From Alphaproteobacteria bacterium (GTDB taxonomy: Bacteria > Pseudomonadota > Alphaproteobacteria > MPNO01): 64,000 bases of DNA. The stretch lies in the NCBI GenBank assembly GCA_964291675.2, contig OZ219865.1:576001-640000 (forward strand), read 5' to 3'. Within the stretch, counting starts at the first letter, position 1. Each line of letters opens with the position of its first letter. Below, piece by piece: positions 9,406 to 18,185 of this stretch. The notes below the pieces were generated by a model. The model had not been told where the DNA came from. It saw only the letters and a program-made list of their open reading frames with translations, and ran no database searches. The translations under genes were made by a program, and so were the position numbers.

Positions 9406-10470
9406 CTACTGGATGCCGTAGAGCGCCTTGGTGTTGTGGTAGAGGATCTTTTCCTTGACCTCCATCGAGTACTCGTTGTCGGCGAGGAAGTCGGGCACGT
9501 CGGCGGTCAGATCTTCTTCCGTCGGCTCGTGCGGGAAGTCGGAGGCGTAGATGATGCGGTCCGACCCCATCGCGTCGATGACGTATTTGAGGCTCTTCTC
9601 CCCCATCTCGCAGGACAGCCAGATGCTCTCGGTATCGCGGATGACCTCTGACGGCTTCTTGGACAGCTTCGACCGGACGGGAACGCCGAACAGCGAATCG
9701 AACTCGTAGTCGAGCCGGTCCATCATGAAGGTGATCCAGGCGCAGCCGCCTTCGAGGAACGCGAATTTGAGATTGGGGAAGGTCTCGAACACCCCGTTGA
9801 ACATCATGTCGGTCATCTGGATCATCAGCGGGACCGGGTGTTCGAGGGTGTGGACCTTGAGGAAGGGCTTCAGGTTGTCGAGCCCGAAACCGCGGCTCAC
9901 CGCGCCATGGAAGGCGATGCTGATGCCCTGGCGCTCGGCCTCCTCGTAGATCGGCCAGTAGATCTCGTCGCCGAAATAGCGGCCGTTGACGGTGACCGTC
10001 GGCAGCAGCATGGCGCCGAAATTGACCCGCTCGGTGGCGCAGCGGGCGACTTCCTTCTTCGCCGCCTCGACGTCGTTGTAGGGGATCAACCCGACGCCCC
10101 AGAGCCGGCTGTCCTTCGTGGTGTAGTGCTCCTCCAGCCAGTTGTTGTAGGCGATGCAGGTGGCGGTCTGGAACTCCTCGCTCTGCATCAGCCCGTAGGC
10201 AAGCCCCGAGGTCGGGTAGAGGACGCTGCCTTCGAGCCCGATCTTGTCCAGGATCTCGGCCCAGATACCGGCGTCCGTCGTCCAGTATCTGCGGCCCTCG
10301 TCGCCCTCCTCCACGATCGAGCTCCGCGACCAGCCGTCGAGGCTCGGGAAGATGGTCATGCCTTCGAGGCGACGGTTGCCCGTCCACCTGCCCTCGTAAT
10401 GCTCCGCGAGCTCGCGGTCGGGCTCGAGGACATGGCCGTCGCCGTCGAAGACCGGGATCTCGTGTTTCAT
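9406..10470 (-). CDS. Amidohydrolase_2 family metallo-hydrolase/decarboxylase
   Basis: DGDGHVLEP, AYNNWL, FETFPNLKFAFLEGG, YASDFPH. Confidence 0.88.
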   Translation of the reverse strand: MKHEIPVFDGDGHVLEPDRELAEHYEGRWTGNRRLEGMTIFPSLDGWSRSSIVEEGDEGRRYWTTDAGIWAEILDKIGLEGSVLYPTSGLAYGLMQSEEFQTATCIAYNNWLEEHYTTKDSRLWGVGLIPYNDVEAAKKEVARCATERVNFGAMLLPTVTVNGRYFGDEIYWPIYEEAERQGISIAFHGAVSRGFGLDNLKPFLKVHTLEHPVPLMIQMTDMMFNGVFETFPNLKFAFLEGGCAWITFMMDRLDYEFDSLFGVPVRSKLSKKPSEVIRDTESIWLSCEMGEKSLKYVIDAMGSDRIIYASDFPHEPTEEDLTADVPDFLADNEYSMEVKEKILYHNTKALYGIQ

Positions 10471-10612
10471 GGCGTCACCCTCCGTTCCTGTTCGAACCGG
10501 CCAAGATTGAAGCGGTTCGCCCGGCGGCTCAAGCCCCGCAACGCCGCCCGGGGCTGGACGGCGGCACCCGCATGCCCTATCAGTTGGGCCGCCGCGCTCC
10601 AGGGAGCCCCGA

Positions 10613-11770
10613 ATGAAGTCAACCGCCCGGCCGATCCGCAGGTTCGCCGCCGGCGTCGGCTGCTGCGTCGCCGCGCTCGGCCTCGCCGCCGGGACGCCGG
10701 GCGCGATGGAGACGGTGGCCAAGCAGGCCTATATCCTCGACCTGCAGACCGGCGCGGTGCTGCTGGCGAAGGACGCCGACACGCCTTCGCCGCCGGCCTC
10801 GATGAGCAAGCTGATGACCGTCTACATGGCCTTCGAGGAGCTCAAGGCCGGCCGGCTCTCGCTCGACGACAAGTTCGTCGTCAGCCGCAAGGCCTGGCGG
10901 ATGGGCGGCTCCAGGATGTTCGTCGAGGTCGACAAGGAGGTGCGGGTCGAGGACCTGCTGCGCGGGATCATCGTGCAATCGGGCAACGACGCCAGCATCG
11001 TCCTCGCCGAGGGGCTGTCGGGCTCGGAAGCCGCGTTCTCCGATGCGATGAACCGCAAGGCGCGGGAGCTCGGGCTGACCGACAGCCATCTGGCGAACTC
11101 GACCGGGTGGCCGGCGGACAACCATGTGATGAGCCCGCGGGACCTCGCCGTGCTGGCCCGCCGCATCATCGAGGACTTCCCGGAGTACTACCCCTATTTC
11201 GCCGAGAAATCGTTCCGCTACAACAAGATCAAGCAGGGCAACCGCAACCCGCTGCTGTATCGGGATACCGGGGCCGACGGGCTGAAGACCGGCCATACCC
11301 GGGCCTCCGGCTACAGCCTGGTGGCATCCGCCATACGCGAAGGCCGGCGCGTGGTCTTGGTGCTCACCGGCATGGAGAGCGCCCGGATCCGGTCCTTCGA
11401 GGCGCGCCGCCTGCTCAACTGGGCGTTTCAGTGGTTCCGGAACTACACGCTGTTCGAGCGCGGCGCGGAGGTCGAACGGGCCGATGTCTGGCTCGGCCAG
11501 GAGGACACCGTCCCCCTGGTCGCCGCGCGCGACGTCAAGGTGTCCCTGCCGCGCGCCTCCCGCCGCGGCCTCGAGGTCAAAGTCGTCTTCGACGGCCCGG
11601 TCCCGGCGCCCATCGAAAAGGGCGCGGAGATCGCCAGGCTGCTGGTCACCGCGCCCAATTTCGACACGCTTGAAGTGCCCCTGCTCGCCGGCGCCGATGT
11701 GGGCAGGATCGGCGTGTTCGGCCGCCTCGGCGCGGCGATCGGCTACCTGATCTGGGGTGCCGGCGGGTAG
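10613..11770 (+). CDS. D-alanyl-D-alanine carboxypeptidase (PBP5/6, peptidase S11)
   Basis: PASMSK (SxxK), SGND, KTGHT motifs, signal peptide and C-terminal amphipathic anchor. Confidence 0.93.
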   Translation: MKSTARPIRRFAAGVGCCVAALGLAAGTPGAMETVAKQAYILDLQTGAVLLAKDADTPSPPASMSKLMTVYMAFEELKAGRLSLDDKFVVSRKAWRMGGSRMFVEVDKEVRVEDLLRGIIVQSGNDASIVLAEGLSGSEAAFSDAMNRKARELGLTDSHLANSTGWPADNHVMSPRDLAVLARRIIEDFPEYYPYFAEKSFRYNKIKQGNRNPLLYRDTGADGLKTGHTRASGYSLVASAIREGRRVVLVLTGMESARIRSFEARRLLNWAFQWFRNYTLFERGAEVERADVWLGQEDTVPLVAARDVKVSLPRASRRGLEVKVVFDGPVPAPIEKGAEIARLLVTAPNFDTLEVPLLAGADVGRIGVFGRLGAAIGYLIWGAGG

Positions 11771-11884
11771 TCGGGAGATACCCCTCCACGGAGCGAAGAC
11801 ACGACCTGAAGTAGCAGGCTTTACACGCCGCTTGCCGCCCGGCGTTCAATTGTTCGCGACTCCGCCCTGACGGCGCGGGCCCTT

Positions 11885-11912
11885 CTTGCGGCGGACCGTC
11901 GGCGTCCCATAT
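11885..11912 (+). promoter_or_regulatory. Putative RpoH (sigma32)-type promoter for the bufferin operon
   Basis: CTTGCG-N15-CCCATAT, resembling the alphaproteobacterial RpoH consensus CTTGAA-N15/16-CCTATAT. Confidence 0.45.
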
Positions 11913-12001
11913 GGTCGCCGGCATGGCGGATCGGTGCCGCCTGCCGACTGCCGGACACTTGGGTCCGTGCCGGCATCCTGCCACCAAGGAGAAAACGTCC
12001 G

Positions 12002-12304
12002 ATGAAGAAAAGCCCCGTGATCATGGCGGCCGCGCTGCTCGCCGCCGCCAATTTCGCCGCTTCCGACGTCGCCGAGGCGGCGGACAAGAAGGAGAAGTGC
12101 TACGGCGTCGCGCTCGCCGGCAAGAACGACTGCAAGGCCGGTCCGGGCACGACCTGCGCGGGCAGCTCGACCGTGGACTACCAGGGCAACGCCTGGACTC
12201 TGGTCCCCGCCGGCACCTGCGAGAAGATGACCTTCAAGACCAAGGACGGTCGCGAGGTGATGGGCAGCCTCAAGGAGGTCGACCGCGATATTCCGAAGTC
12301 CTGA
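12002..12304 (+). CDS. bufA1: DUF2282 bufferin precursor (BufA1 type)
   Basis: Sec signal then [24 protein letters not shown]...W..VPAGTC with four Cys; RBS AAGGAG. Confidence 0.9.
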   Translation: MKKSPVIMAAALLAAANFAASDVAEAADKKEKCYGVALAGKNDCKAGPGTTCAGSSTVDYQGNAWTLVPAGTCEKMTFKTKDGREVMGSLKEVDRDIPKS

Positions 12305-12313
12305 TCCTGCAAT

Positions 12314-12356
12314 GCCCGGCGCGCCGCGGGAGCCCCGGTTCCCGCGGCGGCCGGGC
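12314..12356 (+). other. Strong GC stem-loop between the precursor and modifying-enzyme genes
   Basis: GCCCGGC-G-CGCCGCGGGAGCC / GGTTCCCGCGGCG-GCCGGGC inverted repeat. Confidence 0.6.
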
Positions 12357-12368
12357 GGTTTCCCGCCG

Positions 12369-13235
12369 ATGATGCCCGCCTCCTCTCCCTTCGCCGCCGT
12401 ACCGTCCCGAGCCGGCGCGAGCTTCAAGGGCGAGCATGCCGAGGCGGTCTTCGGGCAAGGTCCCGATATCGGCTGGTTCGAAGTCCATCCGGAGAATTAC
12501 ATGGTCGCCGGCGGGCCCCGGCTCGCCATGCTCGAAGCCCTGCGCGAGGCCTGGCCGCTGTCGCTGCACGGCGTCGGCCTGTCGCTCGGCGGCGCCGAGC
12601 GGCTCGACCGCGATCATCTCGCCGCGCTCGGCGCGCTCGCCGACCGGTTCGAGCCGGGCCTGGTCTCCGAGCACATCGCCTGGTCGGCGCATGGCGGCGT
12701 GTGGTTCGCCGACCTGCTGCCGCCCAGCCTCAGCGCGGCGGGGCTCGACCGGCTGTGCGACAATATCGACGAGATGCAGGAGGCGCTCCGCCGGGCGGTT
12801 CTGATCGAGAACCCGGCGAGCTACCTGGTGCTGCCGGACCGGGAGATGGACGAGCTTTCGTTCGTCGTCGAAGCCGCGCACCGCACCGGGTGCGGGTTGC
12901 TCGTCGACCTCAACAACATCCATGTCAGCGCGGTCAATACCGGCCTCGACGCCCAATCCTACGTCGATGCGATCCCGCACGCGCTGGTCGGCGAAATCCA
13001 TCTCGCCGGGTTCAGCCTCGACGATGCCGGCGATGAGCGCCTGCTGATCGACAGCCACGGCGCGCCGGTCGACGGCGCGGTCTGGCGGCTCTACGACCGG
13101 TTGGTCGGGCGCATCGGCGCCAGGCCCACTCTGGTCGAATGGGACAGGGACATCCCGGCCTGGGAGGTGCTGTTCGCCGAGGCGAAGAAGGCCGACCTGG
13201 CGCTTGCGCGCCTCGCCGAACCCGTGCCCGCATGA
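12369..13235 (+). CDS. bufB: DUF692 multinuclear non-heme iron oxidase (MNIO), bufferin maturase
   Basis: WFEVHPENYM, SLHGVGLSLG, SEHIAW, IENPASY, DLNNIHVS, EIHLAG, IDSHG, LVEWD. Confidence 0.92.
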   Translation: MMPASSPFAAVPSRAGASFKGEHAEAVFGQGPDIGWFEVHPENYMVAGGPRLAMLEALREAWPLSLHGVGLSLGGAERLDRDHLAALGALADRFEPGLVSEHIAWSAHGGVWFADLLPPSLSAAGLDRLCDNIDEMQEALRRAVLIENPASYLVLPDREMDELSFVVEAAHRTGCGLLVDLNNIHVSAVNTGLDAQSYVDAIPHALVGEIHLAGFSLDDAGDERLLIDSHGAPVDGAVWRLYDRLVGRIGARPTLVEWDRDIPAWEVLFAEAKKADLALARLAEPVPA

Positions 13236-14011
13236 CGCTCGCTTCGACGCAGGCGCAATTCGCCGCCGCCCTCGGGGACCCGGCGCCGGGTGCGGCGCCG
13301 GCCGGGCTCTCCGAACCCGCCCGGCGGCGCTTCCGGGTCTATCGCAACAACGTGCGCGTCGCCCTGATCGAGGCGCTGGCGGCGGCCTATCCCGCGCTGC
13401 GGCGGATCGTCGGCGAACGGTTCTTCGAGGCGATGGCCCGCGCCTACGCGACCGGCCGCCCGTCGGCGGCCCGCACCCTCAACTTCTACGGCGCGGACTT
13501 CGCCGGGTTCGTGGCCGGTTTCCCGCCGGCGCGCGATCTGCCCTACCTCGCCGATGTCGCGCGGCTGGAGCGTGCGGTGCTGGAGTCGCTCCACGCCGCC
13601 GATGCGCCGGCGCTCGACCCTGCGGCGCTGGCCGCGCTCGGCGCGGGCGTCGCGACGGCGCGGCTCGCGCCCCACCCGGCGGCCCGGCTGGTGCGCTCGC
13701 CCTGGCCGATCGCCCGGATCTGGCAGGCCAATGCCGGCGACTTCGCGCCCGGGGACGAGCTCGTCATCGCCGCCCAAGCCGGCGCCGCGCTGGTCGTCAG
13801 GCCGGCGCTCTCGGTCCGCGTCGAGGCGCTCGACCCGGCCGGCTGCGCCTTCGCCGGGGCCCTGCTGGCGGGCGGCGACCCGATGACGGCGGCGGCGGAC
13901 GCGGCCGCGCTCGACGGCGATTTCGACGTCGTCCCGGCGTTCAGGAACCTGCTCGCTTCCGGCGCCTTCGCCGGGCTCGCGGGCGCAACGGGCGAAGGAG
14001 CAGAGGCATGA
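13232..14011 (+). CDS. bufC: DUF2063 MNIO partner protein
   Basis: RFRVYRNNV...L...YP...VGERFF, PYLADVARLE; ATGA overlap with DUF692. Confidence 0.88.
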   Translation: MTLASTQAQFAAALGDPAPGAAPAGLSEPARRRFRVYRNNVRVALIEALAAAYPALRRIVGERFFEAMARAYATGRPSAARTLNFYGADFAGFVAGFPPARDLPYLADVARLERAVLESLHAADAPALDPAALAALGAGVATARLAPHPAARLVRSPWPIARIWQANAGDFAPGDELVIAAQAGAALVVRPALSVRVEALDPAGCAFAGALLAGGDPMTAAADAAALDGDFDVVPAFRNLLASGAFAGLAGATGEGAEA

Positions 14012-14490
14012 GCAACGGCACACCGACGGCGGCCGGCGCGGCCGGGCTGGTCAGGCAGGCGATCGATATCGGCCACCGGATCGCCGAGCCCGTCGAGCGC
14101 CGGCTCGGGCCGGTCGCGCTGCTGGTCCTCCGGCTGCCGATCGCCATCGTGTTCTGGCGGTCCGGCCGCACCAAGGTCGAGGGGTGGAACATCTTCTCGG
14201 TCAAGGACAGCCAGTACTTCCTGTTCCGCGAGGAGTTCGGCATGCCGATGCCGGAGCTGACGGCGCATGTCACCGCCATCGCCGAGCACGTCCTGCCGAT
14301 CCTGCTGGTGCTCGGCCTGCTGACCCGGCTCAGCGCGCTCGGCATGTTCGTCATGACCATGGTGATCCAGCTCTTCGTCTACCCCGACGCCTGGTTCAGC
14401 GCCCACATGTTCTGGGCGGTCATCCTGTTCGCCGTCATGGCGCTCGGCCCGGGGCGGTACTCGATCGACGGGCTGCTGTTCCGCCGCTAG
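14008..14490 (+). CDS. bufD: DoxX-family membrane protein
   Basis: FWRSGRTK, EHVLPILLVLGLLTRLSA, QLFVYP, GPGRYSID; ATGA overlap. Confidence 0.88.
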   Translation: MSNGTPTAAGAAGLVRQAIDIGHRIAEPVERRLGPVALLVLRLPIAIVFWRSGRTKVEGWNIFSVKDSQYFLFREEFGMPMPELTAHVTAIAEHVLPILLVLGLLTRLSALGMFVMTMVIQLFVYPDAWFSAHMFWAVILFAVMALGPGRYSIDGLLFRR

Positions 14491-15212
14491 TCGCGGCCGG
14501 CGTCCATGATCGCCTGGGCGAGGCGTTCCGGCGCGGTGAAGCAGACCTCGTGCCCGCCCGGGATCTGGACCAGGCGGAACAGGCCGAGCTTCTCGGACAA
14601 TCTGGGGTGCCAGGTCATCGAGTGCGGCAGCGAGGTGTCCTCGGTGCAGTTGATGTAGGACTTGGCGAGCTCCATCTCCGCCGGGTTTTTCGACAGCGAG
14701 ATTTTCTCGGTGAAGGTGCCGTAGGGGTGCGGGTTGAGCTTGTCGTAGGCGGACTGGGACAAGTCTGCGTCGGCGTCGTTCATGAACGCCTCGCGCCAGA
14801 TCGGGTAAGGCAAGACGACCGAGCCGTCGCCGATCTCGGCGGCGATCTGCTCGAACAGGGCGACATAGTGCGGCGGCACCATGTCGTTGAGCGATTCGCC
14901 GTCATTCGGCACGAAGGCGTTCCAGTAGACCAGCCGGCGGATGCGCTCTCCCGCCCGGTCGGCGACGCCGGTGATCACCATGCCGCCATAGGAGTGCCCC
15001 ATCAGGACCACGTCGGAGAGGTCGTTGTCGGCGAGATAGTCGACGATCGACCCGACGGCATCGGAAAGCCCGACCGTCTTCGCGTCGCCCGGCCGGTTGC
15101 CGGCGAGCGTCGGGCAATGCACCTCGTGACCCGCCGCGCGGATCGGCTCGGCGGCGGCCTCCAGCAGGTCGCCCGAATGCCAGGCGCCGTGGACGAGGAC
15201 ATAGGTGGACAT
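14487..15212 (-). CDS. Alpha/beta hydrolase (esterase)
   Basis: VLVHGAWH, GHSYGG nucleophile elbow, C-terminal GGHE. Confidence 0.9.
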   Translation of the reverse strand: MSTYVLVHGAWHSGDLLEAAAEPIRAAGHEVHCPTLAGNRPGDAKTVGLSDAVGSIVDYLADNDLSDVVLMGHSYGGMVITGVADRAGERIRRLVYWNAFVPNDGESLNDMVPPHYVALFEQIAAEIGDGSVVLPYPIWREAFMNDADADLSQSAYDKLNPHPYGTFTEKISLSKNPAEMELAKSYINCTEDTSLPHSMTWHPRLSEKLGLFRLVQIPGGHEVCFTAPERLAQAIMDAGRD

Positions 15213-15315
15213 GGGTTCTCCTCCCGGGACGGTTCGGTTGCGCTGCGGTCACGCTATGGGGGGCGACGGGGATTGGCAAGCGGGAAAAAGGTGTATGCGC
15301 ACTAGAAAATTGCAC

Positions 15316-15379
15316 CCTAACCCCTTGAAAAACTTGGTGCGCGCACCAGGACTCGAACCTGGGACCCACTGATTAAAAG
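15316..15379. repeat. att site: duplicated 3' half of tRNA-Lys plus flank
   Basis: 62/64 identical to 25439-25502; identity ends in the anticodon loop (TTAAAAG). Confidence 0.95.
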
Positions 15380-15474
15380 GCATTCCCGAGCGCCGTTCGC
15401 GACCGTTAGGCGCCGGCATGTCATCGTTAATAGATAAGCTATTTCAATCTCTTAGCAAGTCTCCAAATAGGCCA

Positions 15475-15518
15475 TTGCGTTAATCGCCGTTAGTCCGTAT
15501 CGTGGCGACATGGCGACA
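15475..15518 (+). promoter_or_regulatory. Sigma70-like integrase promoter overlapped by tandem putative arm-type sites
   Basis: TTGCGT-N17-TATCGT followed by TGGCGACA TGGCGACA (15503-15518). Confidence 0.55.
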
Positions 15519-15533
15519 CACTGGAGACTCGAA

Positions 15534-16739
15534 ATGGCGACCGATGGGAAATCAGTGGCACTCACGGAGCGGCGCATCCGGGACGCCAAGGCCACCGGCA
15601 AGACCTACATCATCCGCGACACCCGCGTTGTGGGGCTGGGCGTCCGCGTGTCCAGCGCCGGCACCCGCGCCTATGTGATCGACTACAGGACCGGCGGGCG
15701 CCGCCGCCTCGCCACGCTGGGGCGCTGCTCCGAGATGACGCTGGCGGACGCGCGGAAGCTGGCCGGGCGCGAGCTGGCCGCCGTTCGGAACGAGGGCGCC
15801 GACCCCCTGCGGCGGCGCGCGGACGCCAAGGCGGCGCCGACTGTCGCCGACCTGATCGACCGCTTCCTAGACGACTACGCGCCCCGGCGGATCGACCAAG
15901 GGCGCCTCGCCCCGAAGACGTTGAACGAGTACCGCCGGCAAGCGAACGGCACCCTCCGGCCGGCGCTGGGGCGGTTGAAGGTGGCCGACGTGAAACGCGC
16001 CGATGTCGAGCGGGCCGTTGCCAAGTGCGCCCCTGTCGAGCGCAACCGGCAACTGTCGCTCGCGCGGCGGCTGTTCAATCTCGCCGAGGATTGGGAAATG
16101 CGCGAGCCCGGCACGAACCCGGCGAGGCGAATCGACCGGGCGCGCGAGGAACCCCGCGACCGCGTGTTGTCGCCGGCAGAGATTGGCGCGCTCGGTGCCG
16201 CGCTGGCCGGGCTCGACAATCCCATCGTCGCCGGGGCGATCCGATTCATGACGTTGACGGGCTGGCGCGGCGACGAAGTGCGGCGCCTCCGGTGGGAGAA
16301 CGTCGACACCGAGACGGGCGAGGCGCTGCTGCCGTCGACGAAGACCGGCCGCGACCGCCGCACCATCGGCGCCGCCGCGCTCGGCATCCTCGCCGACATG
16401 CCGCGCATTCACGGCAACCCGTTCGTGTTCGCGGGCGCCAAGGCGGCGGCGGTCTCCTACAAGACCATGCACCAGGCTTTCGGGCTCGCGTGCGAGCGGG
16501 CCGGCATCGAGGGCGCCCAGCCGCACGATCTTCGCCGCACCCTCGCCACGTCCGCCGCCGCGTCCGGCATGACGCTGGTGGGGCTTCGCGACCTGCTCGC
16601 GCACAAGACCACGACGATGGCCGCGAGATATGCGAGGCGGTCCGATAGCGTCCTGCGGGCCGCGCAAGACGACATGGCCGACCGGATGGCCGGCATGCTG
16701 GACGGGGCGGACGCCGAAATCGTGGCGATTCGCAAATAG
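15534..16739 (+). CDS. int: Tyrosine integrase with N-terminal arm-DNA-binding domain
   Basis: GLGVRVS...YVIDYR...TLGR arm domain; catalytic TGWR, TKTG, HDLRR, LAH, ARY. Confidence 0.95.
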   Translation: MATDGKSVALTERRIRDAKATGKTYIIRDTRVVGLGVRVSSAGTRAYVIDYRTGGRRRLATLGRCSEMTLADARKLAGRELAAVRNEGADPLRRRADAKAAPTVADLIDRFLDDYAPRRIDQGRLAPKTLNEYRRQANGTLRPALGRLKVADVKRADVERAVAKCAPVERNRQLSLARRLFNLAEDWEMREPGTNPARRIDRAREEPRDRVLSPAEIGALGAALAGLDNPIVAGAIRFMTLTGWRGDEVRRLRWENVDTETGEALLPSTKTGRDRRTIGAAALGILADMPRIHGNPFVFAGAKAAAVSYKTMHQAFGLACERAGIEGAQPHDLRRTLATSAAASGMTLVGLRDLLAHKTTTMAARYARRSDSVLRAAQDDMADRMAGMLDGADAEIVAIRK

Positions 16740-16872
16740 GCGTTGCGCAACCACAATTCTGCGTATTGTTTAGGTGTCGCCCGTTAATTCGAGCGGGCGG
16801 CATGGTCACTCACCAACCGGGGGAACAGCCATGTCACGGAAGGAACCGACAACGACATAGGGGCTCCCCCCC

Positions 16873-17079
16873 ATGACCAGATTCGATCCCGAAGTCTTCT
16901 ATCGTTCGACCGATCCCGCGCTGGCCGTGATCGCGACCAGCGGCACGTTGCGTGTCTGGAGATGCCAGAAACGCGGGCCGCGCTATCACCGGCTGGGTGG
17001 GCGAGTCGTCTATTCGGGCAAGGACCTGAACGACTACATCGACTCGTGCGCCGTCGATCCTGCTGACGCCGCCGCCTGA
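16873..17079 (+). CDS. AlpA/excisionase-like winged-HTH protein
   Basis: TLRVWRCQKRGPRYHRLGGRVVYSGKDLNDY; lies directly after the integrase. Confidence 0.8.
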   Translation: MTRFDPEVFYRSTDPALAVIATSGTLRVWRCQKRGPRYHRLGGRVVYSGKDLNDYIDSCAVDPADAAA

Positions 17080-17084
17080 ACGAG

Positions 17085-17116
17085 AAAACCCCCGGGCCAC
17101 GACTCCCGGGGGCTTT
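17085..17116 (+). terminator. Stem-loop after the AlpA-like gene (possible terminator/attenuator)
   Basis: AAAACCCCCGGG-ccacgact-CCCGGGGGCTTT. Confidence 0.5.
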
Positions 17117-17142
17117 CCAGTGTTTGACCACGACGGCACATC

Positions 17143-17763
17143 ATGGACGGCGGGAACGTAGCCGACCGCGCGAGCCGGCGCAAGCCACCGCCGCTGATCG
17201 TGGCCGTTGCGCAGGCGCCGCGATACCGCGGCATCAAGCGGCTGGTGCTGTTGCAGCTTGCCCTTTGGGGCAACCGGGACGGCACCCGGATTTTTCCCTC
17301 CCTTGGCCACGTCGCCGAGCTCGCCGGCATCGACGTGCGCAGCGTGCGCCGCCACGTCCGGGCGTTCGAGACGGACGGCGTGTTGACCGCCGTGGCGCGC
17401 TCGCGGGGCGGGCGGGCGGCGAACGGGCGGGCCAGGACCACCGAATACAGGCTCAATCTGGCGGCGCTCAACCCGGACTCGGGAGTCCGGGTTAACCCGG
17501 ACTCTGGTGTCCCTCAACCCGGACTCTGGTGTCCCTCAACCCGGACTCACGAGTCCGACAACCCTGTAAGACCCTCCAAGACCCTTGCGCCGCCCGCCTC
17601 GCCTGCCGAGGGGCAGGCGGGCGGCGCTTCCGAAACGCGGGAAGAAATCGAGGCCGAGATAGAGGCGCTGCAAAACGACCTGCGGAGCTACATGGACCCG
17701 GACGCGGCGCGTGCCGTCCGCAGGCGGCTGGCCGAGTACAAGCGAAAGCTCACGACGGCATAG
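17143..17763 (+). CDS. HTH replication initiator-like protein containing the origin
   Basis: KRLVLLQLA...IFPSLGHVAELAGIDVRSVRRHV (HTH_36-like) followed by an iteron-encoded linker. Confidence 0.7.
   Translation: MDGGNVADRASRRKPPPLIVAVAQAPRYRGIKRLVLLQLALWGNRDGTRIFPSLGHVAELAGIDVRSVRRHVRAFETDGVLTAVARSRGGRAANGRARTTEYRLNLAALNPDSGVRVNPDSGVPQPGLWCPSTRTHESDNPVRPSKTLAPPASPAEGQAGGASETREEIEAEIEALQNDLRSYMDPDAARAVRRRLAEYKRKLTTA
17470..17557. repeat. Iteron array (putative replication origin)
   Basis: AACCCGGACTC at 17470, 17494, 17516 and 17538, inverted at 17483, partial inverted at 17551; 22-bp unit AACCCGGACTCTGGTGTCCCTC repeated. Confidence 0.85.
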
Positions 17764-17772
17764 GAGGCCGAA

Positions 17773-17985
17773 ATGCACTACCCGACCACGCTCCCCGATA
17801 CCCCGGAACGCTGCGACGCGGCGATAGGCCGATGGGAACGGTTCGCGGACAAGCTCAAGCCGACCGACGAGCGCGAGATTGCAATCGTCGGCGGCTACAT
17901 CGCGACGCTGCTTCAGCACAAGCGCGACCTGAAGGCGGTCGCCGAGGCGGAGAACGTTGAACCCCTGCGGAGGACGGCGGCATGA
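17773..17985 (+). CDS. Hypothetical protein (satellite)
   Basis: RBS AGGAGG, 70 aa, ATGA-coupled to the next ORF. Confidence 0.7.
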   Translation: MHYPTTLPDTPERCDAAIGRWERFADKLKPTDEREIAIVGGYIATLLQHKRDLKAVAEAENVEPLRRTAA

Positions 17986-18185
17986 CAGACCAGAAGCTCG
18001 AAATCGACCTTCCCGGAACGATGCATCCGGGCGATGAGGTGTACGGCGTAATCATCGGCATGGACGGCGGGGCGCGCGTGTGCTGGACCAATGCGTTCCT
18101 CGCCCTGCCACGGGAAGAACGTCAGCAAGTGGGCGTCCTGCTGCAAGAGGCGGTCAAGATCGTGCCGCCGAGGGAGCGTATCTGA
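17982..18185 (+). CDS. Hypothetical protein (satellite)
   Basis: Translationally coupled on both sides. Confidence 0.65.
   Translation: MTDQKLEIDLPGTMHPGDEVYGVIIGMDGGARVCWTNAFLALPREERQQVGVLLQEAVKIVPPRERI

Noticed and set aside
12002-14490. Bufferin cluster as a novel RiPP system
   Set aside because: The DUF2282/DUF692/DUF2063/DoxX arrangement is already described; only its regulation looks unusual.
14902-15369. ORFs beginning MGPRFESWCAHQ (also 25157-25492)
   Set aside because: They are translations of the tRNA/att repeat, not genes.
15335-15379. Second tRNA-Lys gene
   Set aside because: Only the 3' half from the anticodon loop onward is present; it is the att duplicate.
17470-17557. Short repeats as a CRISPR array
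   Set aside because: The intervening sequences are identical or only a few bases long, the repeats lie inside an ORF, and there are no cas genes. Iterons fit better.
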